NCBI GenBank assembly: GCA_022778545.1
Contig: JALFDW010000035.1
Span: 3,816 to 67,815 of the forward strand
Source: a bacterium
GTDB lineage: Bacteria > Bacillota > Clostridia > Christensenellales > CAG-138
Length of the DNA stretch: 64,000 bases
Direction of reading: 5' to 3'
Shown here: positions 38,790 to 48,451 of the stretch, one piece after another
Numbering within the stretch: position 1 is the stretch's first letter
Layout of the letters: every line of letters begins with the position of its first letter
Notes under the pieces: generated by a model
What the model saw: only the letters and a program-made list of their open reading frames with translations
What the model was told of the DNA's origin: nothing
Database searches by the model: none
Made by a program: the position numbers and the translations under genes

Positions 38790-40510
38790 AAAAACTGTTT
38801 CCCTTTGTTCGAGGATATTGGCTTCGCTCCGCGCTGGCTTCGCTCACAGTCATCTGCGAAGTCCTCCTTGAAGTTTACATTCCTTACCTGATGGCGGACA
38901 TCATCAACATCGGCATCGCCAACGGCGACGTTTCGTTCATTTTCCGCCGCGGACTGCTGATGATCGCCATGGCGTGCCTTTCCCTTTCCATGGGCGCGCT
39001 TTCCGGGTGGTTCGCCGCAGATGCAAGCGCGGGCTTCGCAAAGAACCTGCGCGCCGGCCTTTTCCGCAAGGTGCAGGACTTCTCGTTCGCCAACGTGGAT
39101 AAGTTCTCCACGGCCTCGCTCGTTACGCGCCTCACGACGGACGTTACGAACGTGCAGCAGTCCTTCATGATGGTCATCCGCACACTGGTGCGCGCTCCGC
39201 TGATGCTCATCGCGGCGACCGTCATGGCCGTCCGCCTGAACGCGGAACTTGCCACTGTGTTTGCCTTTGCCATCCCGCTGCTTGGAGCGTTTATCATCAT
39301 CCTCGGCTCGAAAGCGCTTCCCCGCTTCAAAGCCATGCTCAAAAAGTATGACGGGCTCAATGCCGAGGTGCAGGAAAACCTGATCGCCATCCGCGTGGTG
39401 AAGGCGTTTGTGCGCGAAAAGCATGAAAACGAGCGTTTCACATCCTCTGCGGAAGCCGTGCGCGAAGCGCAGGCCAAAGCGGAACGCCTGCTCGTTCTCG
39501 TCATGCCCGTTTCGCAGTATGCGCTCTATCTCTGCATGATCGCCGTGTGCTACATCGGCGGCCACCTTATCGTGGCGGGCGACATGCTCACGGGCGACCT
39601 GATGAGCTTCATCAGCTATATTTCGCAGATCCTCTCCTCGCTGCTGATGGTCTCTATGATGTTCGTTTCCCTCACCATGACGCGCGCGAGCATGACGCGC
39701 ATTCTCGAAGTTCTCGATGAGCAGAACGACATCACGGACGATGACGCTTCCGTTTCCCTTTCCGTGCCGGACGGCTCGATCGAATTCCGGGATGTGTGCT
39801 TCAGCTATGCGAAGGACCCCAACAACCTGACGCTCTCCCACATCAACCTCAAGATCCGGCGTGGGGAGACGATCGGCATCATCGGCGGCACGGGCTCCGC
39901 GAAATCCTCGCTCGTGCAGCTCATCCCGCGTCTTTACGACGTGCTTTCCGGCTCCGTGCTCGTAGGCGGGCACGATGTGCGGGAATATAAGATCAAGGCC
40001 CTGCGTGACAGCGTTTCCATGGTTCTGCAGAAGAACGTGCTCTTCTCCGGCACCATCCGTGACAATTTACGCTGGGGCGATGCGGAAGCCACGGACGCGG
40101 AAGTCGAAGACGCCTGCCGTGCCGCCGCCGCGCATGATTTCATCACCTCCTTCCCCGCAGGCTATGACACCGACCTCGGGCAGGGCGGCGTGAACGTATC
40201 CGGCGGGCAGAAGCAGCGCCTCTGCATCGCCCGGGCGCTGCTCAAGCGCCCAAAGATCATCATCCTCGATGACAGCACGAGCGCTGTCGACACAGCGACG
40301 GATGCCGCCATCCGCAAAGCGCTGCGGGAGGAGCTGGCCGGCACGACGACGCTCATCATCGCCCAGCGCATCGCCTCCGTGATGGATGCGGACCGCATCG
40401 TCGTCATGAATGAAGGCACGATCGCGGATATCGGCACGCATGAAGAGTTGCTTGAGCGCAGCGAGATCTACCGCGAAGTATTTGAATCTCAGCAGAAGGG
40501 GGTGGCCTGA
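38783..40510 (+). CDS. ABC exporter, fused permease/ATPase (heterodimer half 1)
   Basis: 6 TM + Walker A GGTGSAKSS, signature VSGGQKQR, Walker B IILDDSTS. Confidence 0.9.
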   Translation: MLKKLFPFVRGYWLRSALASLTVICEVLLEVYIPYLMADIINIGIANGDVSFIFRRGLLMIAMACLSLSMGALSGWFAADASAGFAKNLRAGLFRKVQDFSFANVDKFSTASLVTRLTTDVTNVQQSFMMVIRTLVRAPLMLIAATVMAVRLNAELATVFAFAIPLLGAFIIILGSKALPRFKAMLKKYDGLNAEVQENLIAIRVVKAFVREKHENERFTSSAEAVREAQAKAERLLVLVMPVSQYALYLCMIAVCYIGGHLIVAGDMLTGDLMSFISYISQILSSLLMVSMMFVSLTMTRASMTRILEVLDEQNDITDDDASVSLSVPDGSIEFRDVCFSYAKDPNNLTLSHINLKIRRGETIGIIGGTGSAKSSLVQLIPRLYDVLSGSVLVGGHDVREYKIKALRDSVSMVLQKNVLFSGTIRDNLRWGDAEATDAEVEDACRAAAAHDFITSFPAGYDTDLGQGGVNVSGGQKQRLCIARALLKRPKIIILDDSTSAVDTATDAAIRKALREELAGTTTLIIAQRIASVMDADRIVVMNEGTIADIGTHEELLERSEIYREVFESQQKGVA

Positions 40511-40511
40511 A

Positions 40512-42407
40512 ATGCCTCCGGTACCTCAAGGGAAAAACGCATTCCACCGTCCTAAGAACATGAAGCGCACCTTTGCGCGGCTGTTCTCCTACCTTCGCGC
40601 TTACCGCTTCCAGCTCGTGCTGGTACTCGTCGGCATCGTGCTGAGCGCAGGAGCGAACATTGCGGGCACTTATATGCTCAAGCCCATCATCAACGATTAT
40701 ATCGTGCCGTGGATCGGCAGCGCGGACCCGGACTTTTCCGGCCTCATCGGCCAGCTTGCCATCCTGTTCGCGATCTATACCACCGGCATCATCGGCGCGT
40801 ACCTCTATAACCGCCTGATGATCGGCATCTCCACGGGCACGCTTCTGCAGCTGCGCAACGAGCTTTTTACGCACATGCAGAAACTCTCCATCCGCTACTT
40901 CGATACGCGCACCCACGGCGAAATCATGTCCACCTATACGAACGACATCGACGCCATGCGCGAAATGATCAGCCAGGGCGTTCCGCAGTTCATCAGTACC
41001 ACCATCAGCATCGTGGGCACGTTCGTGATGATGGTCGTGCTAAGCCCCGTTCTCACGCTCGTTTCCATCGCCATGCTCGTGCTGATGCTCTTCATCACAA
41101 AGGCATTTGCAAAGCGCAGCGGGCGGTACTTCAAGGCGCGCCAGGCTTCGCTTTCCAAGGTGAACGGCTACATCGAAGAAATGATCGAAGGGCAGAAGGT
41201 CGTGAAGGTATTCTGCCATGAGGACGCCGTCAACAGCACGTTTGACGGGCTCAACGAAACGCTCACCAAAAACACCGTGCTGGCAAGCACGCTTGCGAAC
41301 ATCATGGGACCCATCATGAACAACCTCGGCCATGTGACCTATGCGCTCACCGCAGCGGCAGGCGGCCTGCTCGCAGTCGCCGGCAGGATCGACCTCGGCT
41401 CGATCGCTTCCTTCCTGCAATACACGCGCAAATTCTCCATGCCCATCGGCCAGCTTTCGCAGCAGATGAACAACGTGATGGGCGCGCTCGCAGGCGCAGA
41501 GCGCATCTTCGACATGATCGATGAACCCGCAGAGGAAGATGACGGCGACGTGACCATGGTCAATGCCCGCCGCAACGCCGAAGGCGCGCTGGAAGAGTGC
41601 ACGGAACGCACGGGCGTCTGGGCCTGGAAAGTTCCTTCCGAAACGGCGGAAAGCGGCTATGAGCTCGTTGAAGTGCGCGGAGACGTGCGTTTCCACGATG
41701 TAACGTTCAGCTATGACGGTGAAAAGACCGTGCTCAAGAACGTCTCGCTCTATGCACACCCGGGCCAGAAGATCGCCTTCGTAGGCTCCACCGGCGCAGG
41801 CAAGACGACCATTACGAACCTCATCAACCGCTTCTATGACGTGCAGGAAGGTGAGATCACCTATGACGGCATCCCCGTCAACCGCATCAAAAAAGCCGCG
41901 CTGCGCGGCTCGCTTGCGATGGTTCTGCAGGATACGCACCTGTTTACCGGCACGGTGCGCGAAAACATCCGTTACGGCAGGCTGGATGCGATGGATGAAG
42001 AAGTGGAGGCAGCTGCGAAGCTCGCCAACGCGCACTTCTTCATTTCCCACCTGCCCCAGGGATATGACACCGTGCTCACCGCGGACGGCGCAAACCTGAG
42101 CCAGGGCCAGCGGCAGCTGCTTGCCATCGCCCGCGCGGCAGTTGCGGACCCGCCGGTGCTGATCCTCGATGAAGCCACAAGCTCCGTCGACACGCGCACG
42201 GAAGCGCACATAGAGCGCGGCATGGATGAGCTGATGAAAGGGCGCACGGTGTTCGTCATCGCGCACAGGCTTTCCACCGTGCGCAATTCGGACGCCATCA
42301 TGGTGCTCGAACACGGCGAGATCATCGAGCGCGGCGACCATGACGACCTGATCGCCCAGAAGGGCAAGTACTACCAGCTTTACACGGGCATGTTCGAGCT
42401 GTCCTAA
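40512..42407 (+). CDS. ABC exporter, fused permease/ATPase (heterodimer half 2)
   Basis: Trimmed to ATG 40512, directly after the previous stop. GSTGAGKTT, LSQGQRQL, LILDEATS. Confidence 0.9.
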   Translation: MPPVPQGKNAFHRPKNMKRTFARLFSYLRAYRFQLVLVLVGIVLSAGANIAGTYMLKPIINDYIVPWIGSADPDFSGLIGQLAILFAIYTTGIIGAYLYNRLMIGISTGTLLQLRNELFTHMQKLSIRYFDTRTHGEIMSTYTNDIDAMREMISQGVPQFISTTISIVGTFVMMVVLSPVLTLVSIAMLVLMLFITKAFAKRSGRYFKARQASLSKVNGYIEEMIEGQKVVKVFCHEDAVNSTFDGLNETLTKNTVLASTLANIMGPIMNNLGHVTYALTAAAGGLLAVAGRIDLGSIASFLQYTRKFSMPIGQLSQQMNNVMGALAGAERIFDMIDEPAEEDDGDVTMVNARRNAEGALEECTERTGVWAWKVPSETAESGYELVEVRGDVRFHDVTFSYDGEKTVLKNVSLYAHPGQKIAFVGSTGAGKTTITNLINRFYDVQEGEITYDGIPVNRIKKAALRGSLAMVLQDTHLFTGTVRENIRYGRLDAMDEEVEAAAKLANAHFFISHLPQGYDTVLTADGANLSQGQRQLLAIARAAVADPPVLILDEATSSVDTRTEAHIERGMDELMKGRTVFVIAHRLSTVRNSDAIMVLEHGEIIERGDHDDLIAQKGKYYQLYTGMFELS

Positions 42408-42490
42408 TGCAGCGAAAGCCGGGAAGGTGGAACATCCACCTTCCCGCCATCCCGAAAAGCAAAGCGACATATTGCGAAAGGAATTACTCC

Positions 42491-42979
42491 ATGCCATTCA
42501 CATTCACTCCGGCCACACCGGCCGACCTCGATACCGTGATCTCTCTCGCGCGCTCCGCGTCCAGCGCCCCGTATTCCCATTGGGATGCGGATTACCCGAA
42601 CCGTGAGATCCTTTCGGAGGACATCGCGCACGGCGAACTGTACCTGCTGCGTGAAAACGGGCTTCCCATCGCCATGATCTCCATCCTGGATGAAGCGGAA
42701 GAGTGCGTCGAATTTCCCTGGCCGGAAGCGCGCAAACACACCTGCATGCTGGCACGGCTCGGCATCGTGCCCGAAGCGCAGGGGCGCGGCCTTGCAGCGG
42801 AAATCATGCGCCTTGCGGCGGATACCGCCCGTGCGTGCGGTTTTACCACGGCGCGGCTTCTCGCTTCCGAGGATAACCCGCTCACGAACCACATTTATCA
42901 AAAGCTGGGGTATCAGGCACGCGGCTGCGCCCGCCTTTGGGACTCCGAGGATTTCATAGGGTATGAGCTGGCGCTGTAA
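42491..42979 (+). CDS. GNAT family N-acetyltransferase
   Basis: Trimmed to ATG 42491. Acetyl-CoA motif PEAQGRGLAAEIM. Confidence 0.8.
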   Translation: MPFTFTPATPADLDTVISLARSASSAPYSHWDADYPNREILSEDIAHGELYLLRENGLPIAMISILDEAEECVEFPWPEARKHTCMLARLGIVPEAQGRGLAAEIMRLAADTARACGFTTARLLASEDNPLTNHIYQKLGYQARGCARLWDSEDFIGYELAL

Positions 42980-43047
42980 GCGCAGGAACGCAAAACACAA
43001 AGCGGGTGCGGCTTTCAACAGAAGCCACGCCCGCTTTTTCGACGTTT

Positions 43048-43752
43048 TCAGTATTCCTCTTCCCCTGCGATCCTGTCCCGATACGGTTCTGAGCAGGGCA
43101 GCGCCCGCAGGCGGGCAAACACGGAACGGTCTTTCCAGAAATGCATGGGATAAGCGCGCACCGTGTCCGTGCAGCGCATGAAGTAATCGAACCCCCGGGC
43201 AAAATCCACGCCCTGCCGCGGGTCAAGCACGAGGAACGCCGCATCGAGCCTACGCCCGGCAAGCCGGTCGACCTCCGCGCGAAAACGCACCGTCATGGCA
43301 TGGTTTTCCGCCGGGGCTTCCTCCTCCCACACCCAATCGTTCAGGTCGCCCGCGTGGAAGATCGTTTTCCCTTCCGCCGAAACGAGGAACGCCACGCCCT
43401 CATCCGTGGAGCGGAGCGTCTCCACGGAAAGCGCGCCGCACTGCAGCGTCTCATGCGCGCCGGGGAACAAGATCGCGTCATATGCCTCCTGCTCCACGCC
43501 GTGGCGCCGGAAGCCCGCTGCGCTCCATCTGCGCCGGATATCCCGGGAAAGGATATAGGTCACATTCGGGTGTGTTTCCCGCAGTTTGAAGATATCAAAA
43601 TTGAAATGGTCCCTGTGCGCATGGCTGGAAAACACATACAGCGGCTTTTCCGGAGCAAACGCCGACAGCGCACCCTCGAAATAATCGAACAGGAGCGTGC
43701 AGTGCGCAAGCTCTGTGGCAAATCCGCTGTGGCCGATGTAAATGACCCGCAT
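43048..43752 (-). CDS. MBL-fold metallo-hydrolase
   Basis: MRVIYIGHSGF..., SSHAHRDHF (HxHxDH). Confidence 0.8.
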   Translation of the reverse strand: MRVIYIGHSGFATELAHCTLLFDYFEGALSAFAPEKPLYVFSSHAHRDHFNFDIFKLRETHPNVTYILSRDIRRRWSAAGFRRHGVEQEAYDAILFPGAHETLQCGALSVETLRSTDEGVAFLVSAEGKTIFHAGDLNDWVWEEEAPAENHAMTVRFRAEVDRLAGRRLDAAFLVLDPRQGVDFARGFDYFMRCTDTVRAYPMHFWKDRSVFARLRALPCSEPYRDRIAGEEEY

Positions 43753-43760
43753 CGGCGGCC

Positions 43761-44291
43761 TCAGCGCTTCGCGACCTTATACTTTTTCGCTTCGACGCGC
43801 CCGCGCAGGTGCGCGGCAAGCGCTTCCGCCGTGCCCTGTTCAAAGCCCGCTTTGGAAACGATATAAGCCTGCCCTGCGTTCGCATACAGGTAAAACGCAT
43901 CCGGCGTTTCCCAAACGTCAAACAGGCGGTTATAATAGGCGCGATCTTCCTTGCCGTTCACGCACACGGTAAAGCAGTTTTTAAGGAACACATACCGCTG
44001 CGAAAGCCCGGCGAAGGAGGACTGATCGAACTTCTTTTCCGGCGCGATGAAGATCGCATAAAACCGCCGCCCGAACACATAAAGCGCCAGTGCGAGCACC
44101 ACAAGGTACAGCCATGCGTGGCTGCGCACGGCAAAATACGTGCCCGCAAGCACGGAAAGGATCAGGAATGCAAACAACGCATGTGTGCTCCAGGGGACGC
44201 GCTTTGCGATGCGGGCATTAAAGCGCTGAAAGCGCAGTACAGTGTCCTTGTCGTAATTGGTGGTGTTGATGATCTCCATACTCTGCTCCAT
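43761..44291 (-). CDS. YcxB-like membrane protein
   Basis: Two TM helices followed by a small C-terminal domain; 8 nt upstream of the MBL gene. The start may be M5 (44279). Family call is tentative. Confidence 0.5.
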   Translation of the reverse strand: MEQSMEIINTTNYDKDTVLRFQRFNARIAKRVPWSTHALFAFLILSVLAGTYFAVRSHAWLYLVVLALALYVFGRRFYAIFIAPEKKFDQSSFAGLSQRYVFLKNCFTVCVNGKEDRAYYNRLFDVWETPDAFYLYANAGQAYIVSKAGFEQGTAEALAAHLRGRVEAKKYKVAKR

Positions 44292-44370
44292 TCCGTAAGA
44301 TTTTTATAATTATATGATATCCGCCGGAACGCTTGCAGGAAGCGCTCCGGCCCTGACATTCCCAGGCAGC

Positions 44371-45765
44371 TCATTCCCGGATGTCGCCCCGTTCATGCAG
44401 TTCGCCCACGATCTTCCGGTACGTTTCCGCATCGATCTTATACTTGCTGCGGTAAACGAGATACCCCGCGAGGATGCAGAGAAGCGGCAGCACGAGCATG
44501 GCAAGCTTCATCACAAGCAGGCCCTCCGGCGTAACATCCGCCGCAGAATTCGCAGCGTTGATGCCGGAGATCACAAGCGTGACCGAAACGATGCCGCTTG
44601 CGATCGCCCCGCCGATCTTGTTGATGAGCGGCTGAATGGAGAACGTTACGCTCTCATTGCGCTTGCCCGTCTTCCATTGGCCGTATTCGATGGTGTCCGC
44701 AAGGAACATGAGCATCAGAAGCTGGATGAACGCCTGCCCCACGAAGATCAGCACACCCGCCGCGCCGATGAAGAGCATGTTCATCGGCGAAAAGAAGAAC
44801 ACAAGGTAACCGAGCACCACGAGCACTGTGGCGCCGAAATAAAGCTGCTTGCGCGCAAAGCGTGCGCTGAACTTCGGAAACACCGCAAGCGCGGAAAGCT
44901 GCGAAACGCCGAGCACCGCCGCAAACACGGAGTACATTCCCGCATCGCCGTATGCATAGATGAAATAATATGTTCCAAAGCTTGTAGTTGTGGAATAGCC
45001 GATCATGAACAGCGCCATTGCGATCGTCGTGAACAGCAGCTGATCGTTTTTGAAGATCACGCGCACGGTGTCGCGCAGCGTGGTCTTTTCTTCCTGTTTG
45101 AACATGCTGCGGTGCTCCTTCACGCCAAAGAGCGTGAAGCACTGGAAGCCGAGCATCACGAGCGCCACGATCACCGCAAAAGTGAACCATGCCTTCGTTC
45201 CGCTGCCCATGGCCTCCGTCATCGCCCCCGTAACGGGCAGGATGCCCACCACCACCGCGAACATGCCCACGTTCGCGCAGATGCGGGCAAACGCGCCGAT
45301 GCGCTCGCGTTCCTTCTGGTCAAGTGAAAGCGCCGGCATCATGGACCAGTAGGCGATGTCGTTTGCACCGTAAAACACATCCCAGGCGAGGTAGAACACC
45401 GCAAAAAGGATGACATACCAGGTGTCGCTCACATGCAGATCCGCAAACATCAGCACCATGAACACCGCGCCTATCACAGCTCCGCCAAGGATCAAAGGTT
45501 TGAACTTGCCCCAGCGGGTATTCATGTTGTCCACCAGCGTGCCCATGATGGGGTCGTTGAGCGCGTCGAACACGCGCAGCACCGTCAGCACAAAGCCGAT
45601 CTTTAAGAGCATCGCGTCGCTCACGGTGAGCACTTCGGTAATATAGGTGAGCAGGAACATGCTTACCATGGAATAAAACATGTCCCGGCCAATCGTGCCG
45701 AGCCCAAAGAAATATTTATTTCGCCGTGCCTGTGCGCTTTCACGGCCTGCCATACCCTGCTCCAT
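44371..45765 (-). CDS. Glycoside-pentoside-hexuronide (GPH):cation symporter
   Basis: Trimmed to ATG 45765 (RBS AAAGGAG). FGLGTIGRDMFY and DALNDPIMGTLVDNMNTRWGKFKP GPH signatures. Confidence 0.85.
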   Translation of the reverse strand: MEQGMAGRESAQARRNKYFFGLGTIGRDMFYSMVSMFLLTYITEVLTVSDAMLLKIGFVLTVLRVFDALNDPIMGTLVDNMNTRWGKFKPLILGGAVIGAVFMVLMFADLHVSDTWYVILFAVFYLAWDVFYGANDIAYWSMMPALSLDQKERERIGAFARICANVGMFAVVVGILPVTGAMTEAMGSGTKAWFTFAVIVALVMLGFQCFTLFGVKEHRSMFKQEEKTTLRDTVRVIFKNDQLLFTTIAMALFMIGYSTTTSFGTYYFIYAYGDAGMYSVFAAVLGVSQLSALAVFPKFSARFARKQLYFGATVLVVLGYLVFFFSPMNMLFIGAAGVLIFVGQAFIQLLMLMFLADTIEYGQWKTGKRNESVTFSIQPLINKIGGAIASGIVSVTLVISGINAANSAADVTPEGLLVMKLAMLVLPLLCILAGYLVYRSKYKIDAETYRKIVGELHERGDIRE

Positions 45766-45927
45766 GCTGCGCTCCTTTTGCGCTGTTTGCGCTTTGAATT
45801 TGAAAAAACAGAAAAGGATCTTCCCTTTTATTTTAGCGGCAGCGCCCGGAGATTGCAATCGGCAATTGCAGAGTGTTGCCGAATGCGGTACGATAATACC
45901 ATGAAGGACGGATATTTGAAATTCGAT

Positions 45928-46737
45928 ATGCGCGGCGTGTTCCGCTGCCCGCTCTGCGCATCCCCGCTTGCGCTTGCCGGGCAAAGCCTCACCTGCGCAA
46001 ACGGCCACTGTTTTGATGTTTCCGCGAAAGGCTATGTGAACCTTGCCGCCGGGCGCGGGCAAAGCGCAAAATACGACAAGGCGCTGTTTGAAAGCCGCGG
46101 CGCGCTGCTTCGCGCCGGGTTTTATGCCCATGTACTCGATGCTGCGGCCGAGGTGCTCGCTGCGGAAGCGCCCGTGCGCATACTCGATGCCGGCTGCGGC
46201 GAAGGGTATTATGCCCGAGCCCTTGCAGAACGCCTCGGTGCGGAGCTTTACGCGTTCGATCTTTCGCGGGATGCGATCCTGCTCGCCGCGCGGGGCGGCA
46301 CGCCGGTGCGCCTGATGGTGGCGGACATGACGAACATTCCGTTGCAAACAGGAACGATGGACGCCGTGCTCGATGCGTTTTCCCCCGCGCATTACGGCGA
46401 ATATGCACGAGTACTCAAGCCGGATGGCCTGCTCCTGAAAATCGTGCCCGCGCCGGAGCATCTGCATGAGCTTCGGCAAATCGCAAAAGAACAGCTTTCC
46501 CACGCAGCCTACGAAAGCGGAGCCGATGTGGAAGCCCGCTTTGCCGCCGGGTTCCGCCTGCTCGAAACGCGGGAGGTCTCCCGCACACTGCCGCTTGATG
46601 CAGGAACGCGCGCGCATCTCGTGCGCATGACGCCCCTGCTTTTCGGCGTGGATATTTCTGCATTGCCTTTGGCGTCACTCACCGAAATTACCATCGCCGC
46701 GCGCCTGCTCATCGGCCGGGCGCGAGCGGAAAGCTGA
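45928..46737 (+). CDS. rlmA: 23S rRNA (guanine-N1)-methyltransferase RlmA-like
   Basis: Zn-finger FRCPLC...LTCANGHCFDVSAKGYVNL, SAM motif ILDAGCGEGYY. Start ambiguous (45901 or 45928). Confidence 0.8.
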   Translation: MRGVFRCPLCASPLALAGQSLTCANGHCFDVSAKGYVNLAAGRGQSAKYDKALFESRGALLRAGFYAHVLDAAAEVLAAEAPVRILDAGCGEGYYARALAERLGAELYAFDLSRDAILLAARGGTPVRLMVADMTNIPLQTGTMDAVLDAFSPAHYGEYARVLKPDGLLLKIVPAPEHLHELRQIAKEQLSHAAYESGADVEARFAAGFRLLETREVSRTLPLDAGTRAHLVRMTPLLFGVDISALPLASLTEITIAARLLIGRARAES

Positions 46738-46760
46738 TGGAAAACGAGCTAATAAATAAA

Positions 46761-46783
46761 AGAAGCGCACAAAATGCGCTTCT
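46761..46783. terminator. Bidirectional terminator
   Basis: AGAAGCGCA-CAAAA-TGCGCTTCT, then ATTTGTTTTT; A-rich on the left. Confidence 0.75.
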
Positions 46784-46817
46784 ATTTGTTTTTGTATCAA
46801 TTGGTGGCTGCAGCGTT

Positions 46818-47162
46818 TTACGGTTGGAGTTTCCGCAGCTTCGGGTTTGCGTTTGCGATATTATCCACCCACTCCGCCACATAGTTCGTGGCTTCACGCA
46901 CTTCATGTACTTCTTCCTGCACTTCCGCAAGCGACGTTTCTACCGCACTCAGGCGTCCTTCCACCGCGTCAAGACGCTTATCGACTGTATCAAGACGCAC
47001 TTCTACCGCGTCAAGGCGCTTATCGACTGTGTCAAGACGCACTTCTACCACATCGAAGCGCTTGTCTACCGCATCGAAGCGCTTGTCCATGTCAGCCTGC
47101 ATCTGCGCCATGTTCGCCTGCATCTGCGCAAGCATCGCAAGAATCTTATCCTCGTTGTTCAT
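46818..47162 (-). CDS. Small coiled-coil protein built of heptad repeats
   Basis: 114 aa: ...DKRFDAV DKRFDVV EVRLDTV DKRLDAV EVRLDTV DKRLDAV EGRLSAV ETSLAEV... Confidence 0.65.
   Translation of the reverse strand: MNNEDKILAMLAQMQANMAQMQADMDKRFDAVDKRFDVVEVRLDTVDKRLDAVEVRLDTVDKRLDAVEGRLSAVETSLAEVQEEVHEVREATNYVAEWVDNIANANPKLRKLQP
46943..47087. repeat. 21-bp periodic coding repeat, including a 42-bp tandem duplication
   Basis: Units 46964..47005 and 47006..47047 are identical at 40 of 42 positions; flanking 21-bp units are more diverged. Confidence 0.9.
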
Positions 47163-47361
47163 GCTGCACCTCCACCAGTTATATCAGTATATACCAGCCG
47201 CAAAAAAACAGCAATGGGCATTTTCCTGCATAATCGGGTGATTTTGAGCATCACAGCAGTCTCTGCCTTGCAAACGTTTTCAGGCAAATCAAACAAAGAG
47301 CCGCGCCTGCTCAGCCCGGGCGCAGCTTGCCATTATCCCGTGTTCCGCAGATCTGCCGCGT

Positions 47362-47766
47362 TCAGCTCCCGGTGTCCACCACATCGAACTCCACACCCGG
47401 GAGCCGCCTTTGCAGGCGCAGATTGATGGGTTCGCGGTTTGCGCCCCCGGGTGCGCCCGCGCCAAGGATGATGAGCTGCACGCCATGCTGCTCCGCGTAT
47501 TCCACAAGTGCATCGTCCACATCGTCCGCACGCACGAGCGAAAGATCCGCCCCCGCAAGCTGCGCGGCCGTAAACAGGTATTCGATCGCATCCGCCTCAT
47601 ACGGTGTGTTCATGAAGTTGCGCCCCGTTTCCACGCAGTGCACCACATGGAGGAAGGCCGGCGCCTGCCCTGCGCCCGCACGCTCAATCCCCCGCGCGAT
47701 CAGTCTGTCGCAGGAGCGCTGGGACGTAACGCAGACCATGATGTTAAGTTGCCGCTTCTTTGTCAT
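47362..47766 (-). CDS. Universal stress protein-like (KdpD Usp-type) domain protein
   Basis: Trimmed to ATG 47766 (MTKKRQLNIMVCVTSQRSCDRLIARG...). Overlaps the LOG gene end by 23 nt. Confidence 0.5.
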   Translation of the reverse strand: MTKKRQLNIMVCVTSQRSCDRLIARGIERAGAGQAPAFLHVVHCVETGRNFMNTPYEADAIEYLFTAAQLAGADLSLVRADDVDDALVEYAEQHGVQLIILGAGAPGGANREPINLRLQRRLPGVEFDVVDTGS

Positions 47767-48346
47767 ACTTGATCGCATCCTTAATCTTATTTGGGAGCTC
47801 CGGCAGTTCAAACGTCAGCAGCGCACGCACCGCTTCCTCCGGCGTGGCCGCAACGGCAAAAAGGCGAAGGCATGAGGCATCCGCAAACTCCTCTTCCACA
47901 GAGGTGCGAAGCTGCCCGATCAGCGCGTCATAATATCCATTCTGGTTGAAGATGACGACGGGCGTACGCAGATACCCGAGCTGGTTGAGCGTGAGCACTT
48001 CAAGAAGCTCCTCCAGCGTTCCGACCCCACCCGGCAGGGCGATGTATGCGTCGCTCAGGCGTTCCATGGTGGCCTTTCTCGTGTGCATATCCGGCGTTAC
48101 GATCAGCTCGCTGCAATGCTCAAAGGCAATGCCCGGCACGTTCAGCTTTTCCGGGATCACGCCCGTGATGCGGCCGTCTTTTGCGCGCACGCCGCGCGCA
48201 CAGGCCCCCATAAGCCCCGTCCGGCCTCCGCCGAACACAAGGCCGATGCCGTTTTCCGCAAGCGCTGCGCCGAGCGCATAGGCCGCGTCGATATAATGCT
48301 GCGCAAGCTTCGAAGAGGAAGCCGCAAAGATACATACGTTCTGCAT
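47744..48346 (-). CDS. LOG family protein (TIGR00730, nucleotide 5'-monophosphate nucleosidase type)
   Basis: GGGRTGLMG and PGGVGTLEEL motifs, 200 aa. Confidence 0.85.
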   Translation of the reverse strand: MQNVCIFAASSSKLAQHYIDAAYALGAALAENGIGLVFGGGRTGLMGACARGVRAKDGRITGVIPEKLNVPGIAFEHCSELIVTPDMHTRKATMERLSDAYIALPGGVGTLEELLEVLTLNQLGYLRTPVVIFNQNGYYDALIGQLRTSVEEEFADASCLRLFAVAATPEEAVRALLTFELPELPNKIKDAIKYDKEAAT

Positions 48347-48451
48347 AAGCGATCACCATCCGGTCCGGGATGGTCACCCACCCCGTTTTTTCCATTATAA
48401 ACGCCCGGAATGGATTTTTGAATACGCAATTCGCCGGGAACTCAAAATCTT

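Noticed and set aside
45778-45927. N-terminal extension of the rlmA ORF (track start 45778), and similar extensions at 20093, 22789, 40410, 42407, 50353, 44371..46617 and 48452..50368
   Set aside because: The extended parts run across upstream terminators or intergenic DNA or overlap neighbouring genes, and they have non-protein-like sequence. Internal starts with RBS matches give N-termini typical of the respective families.
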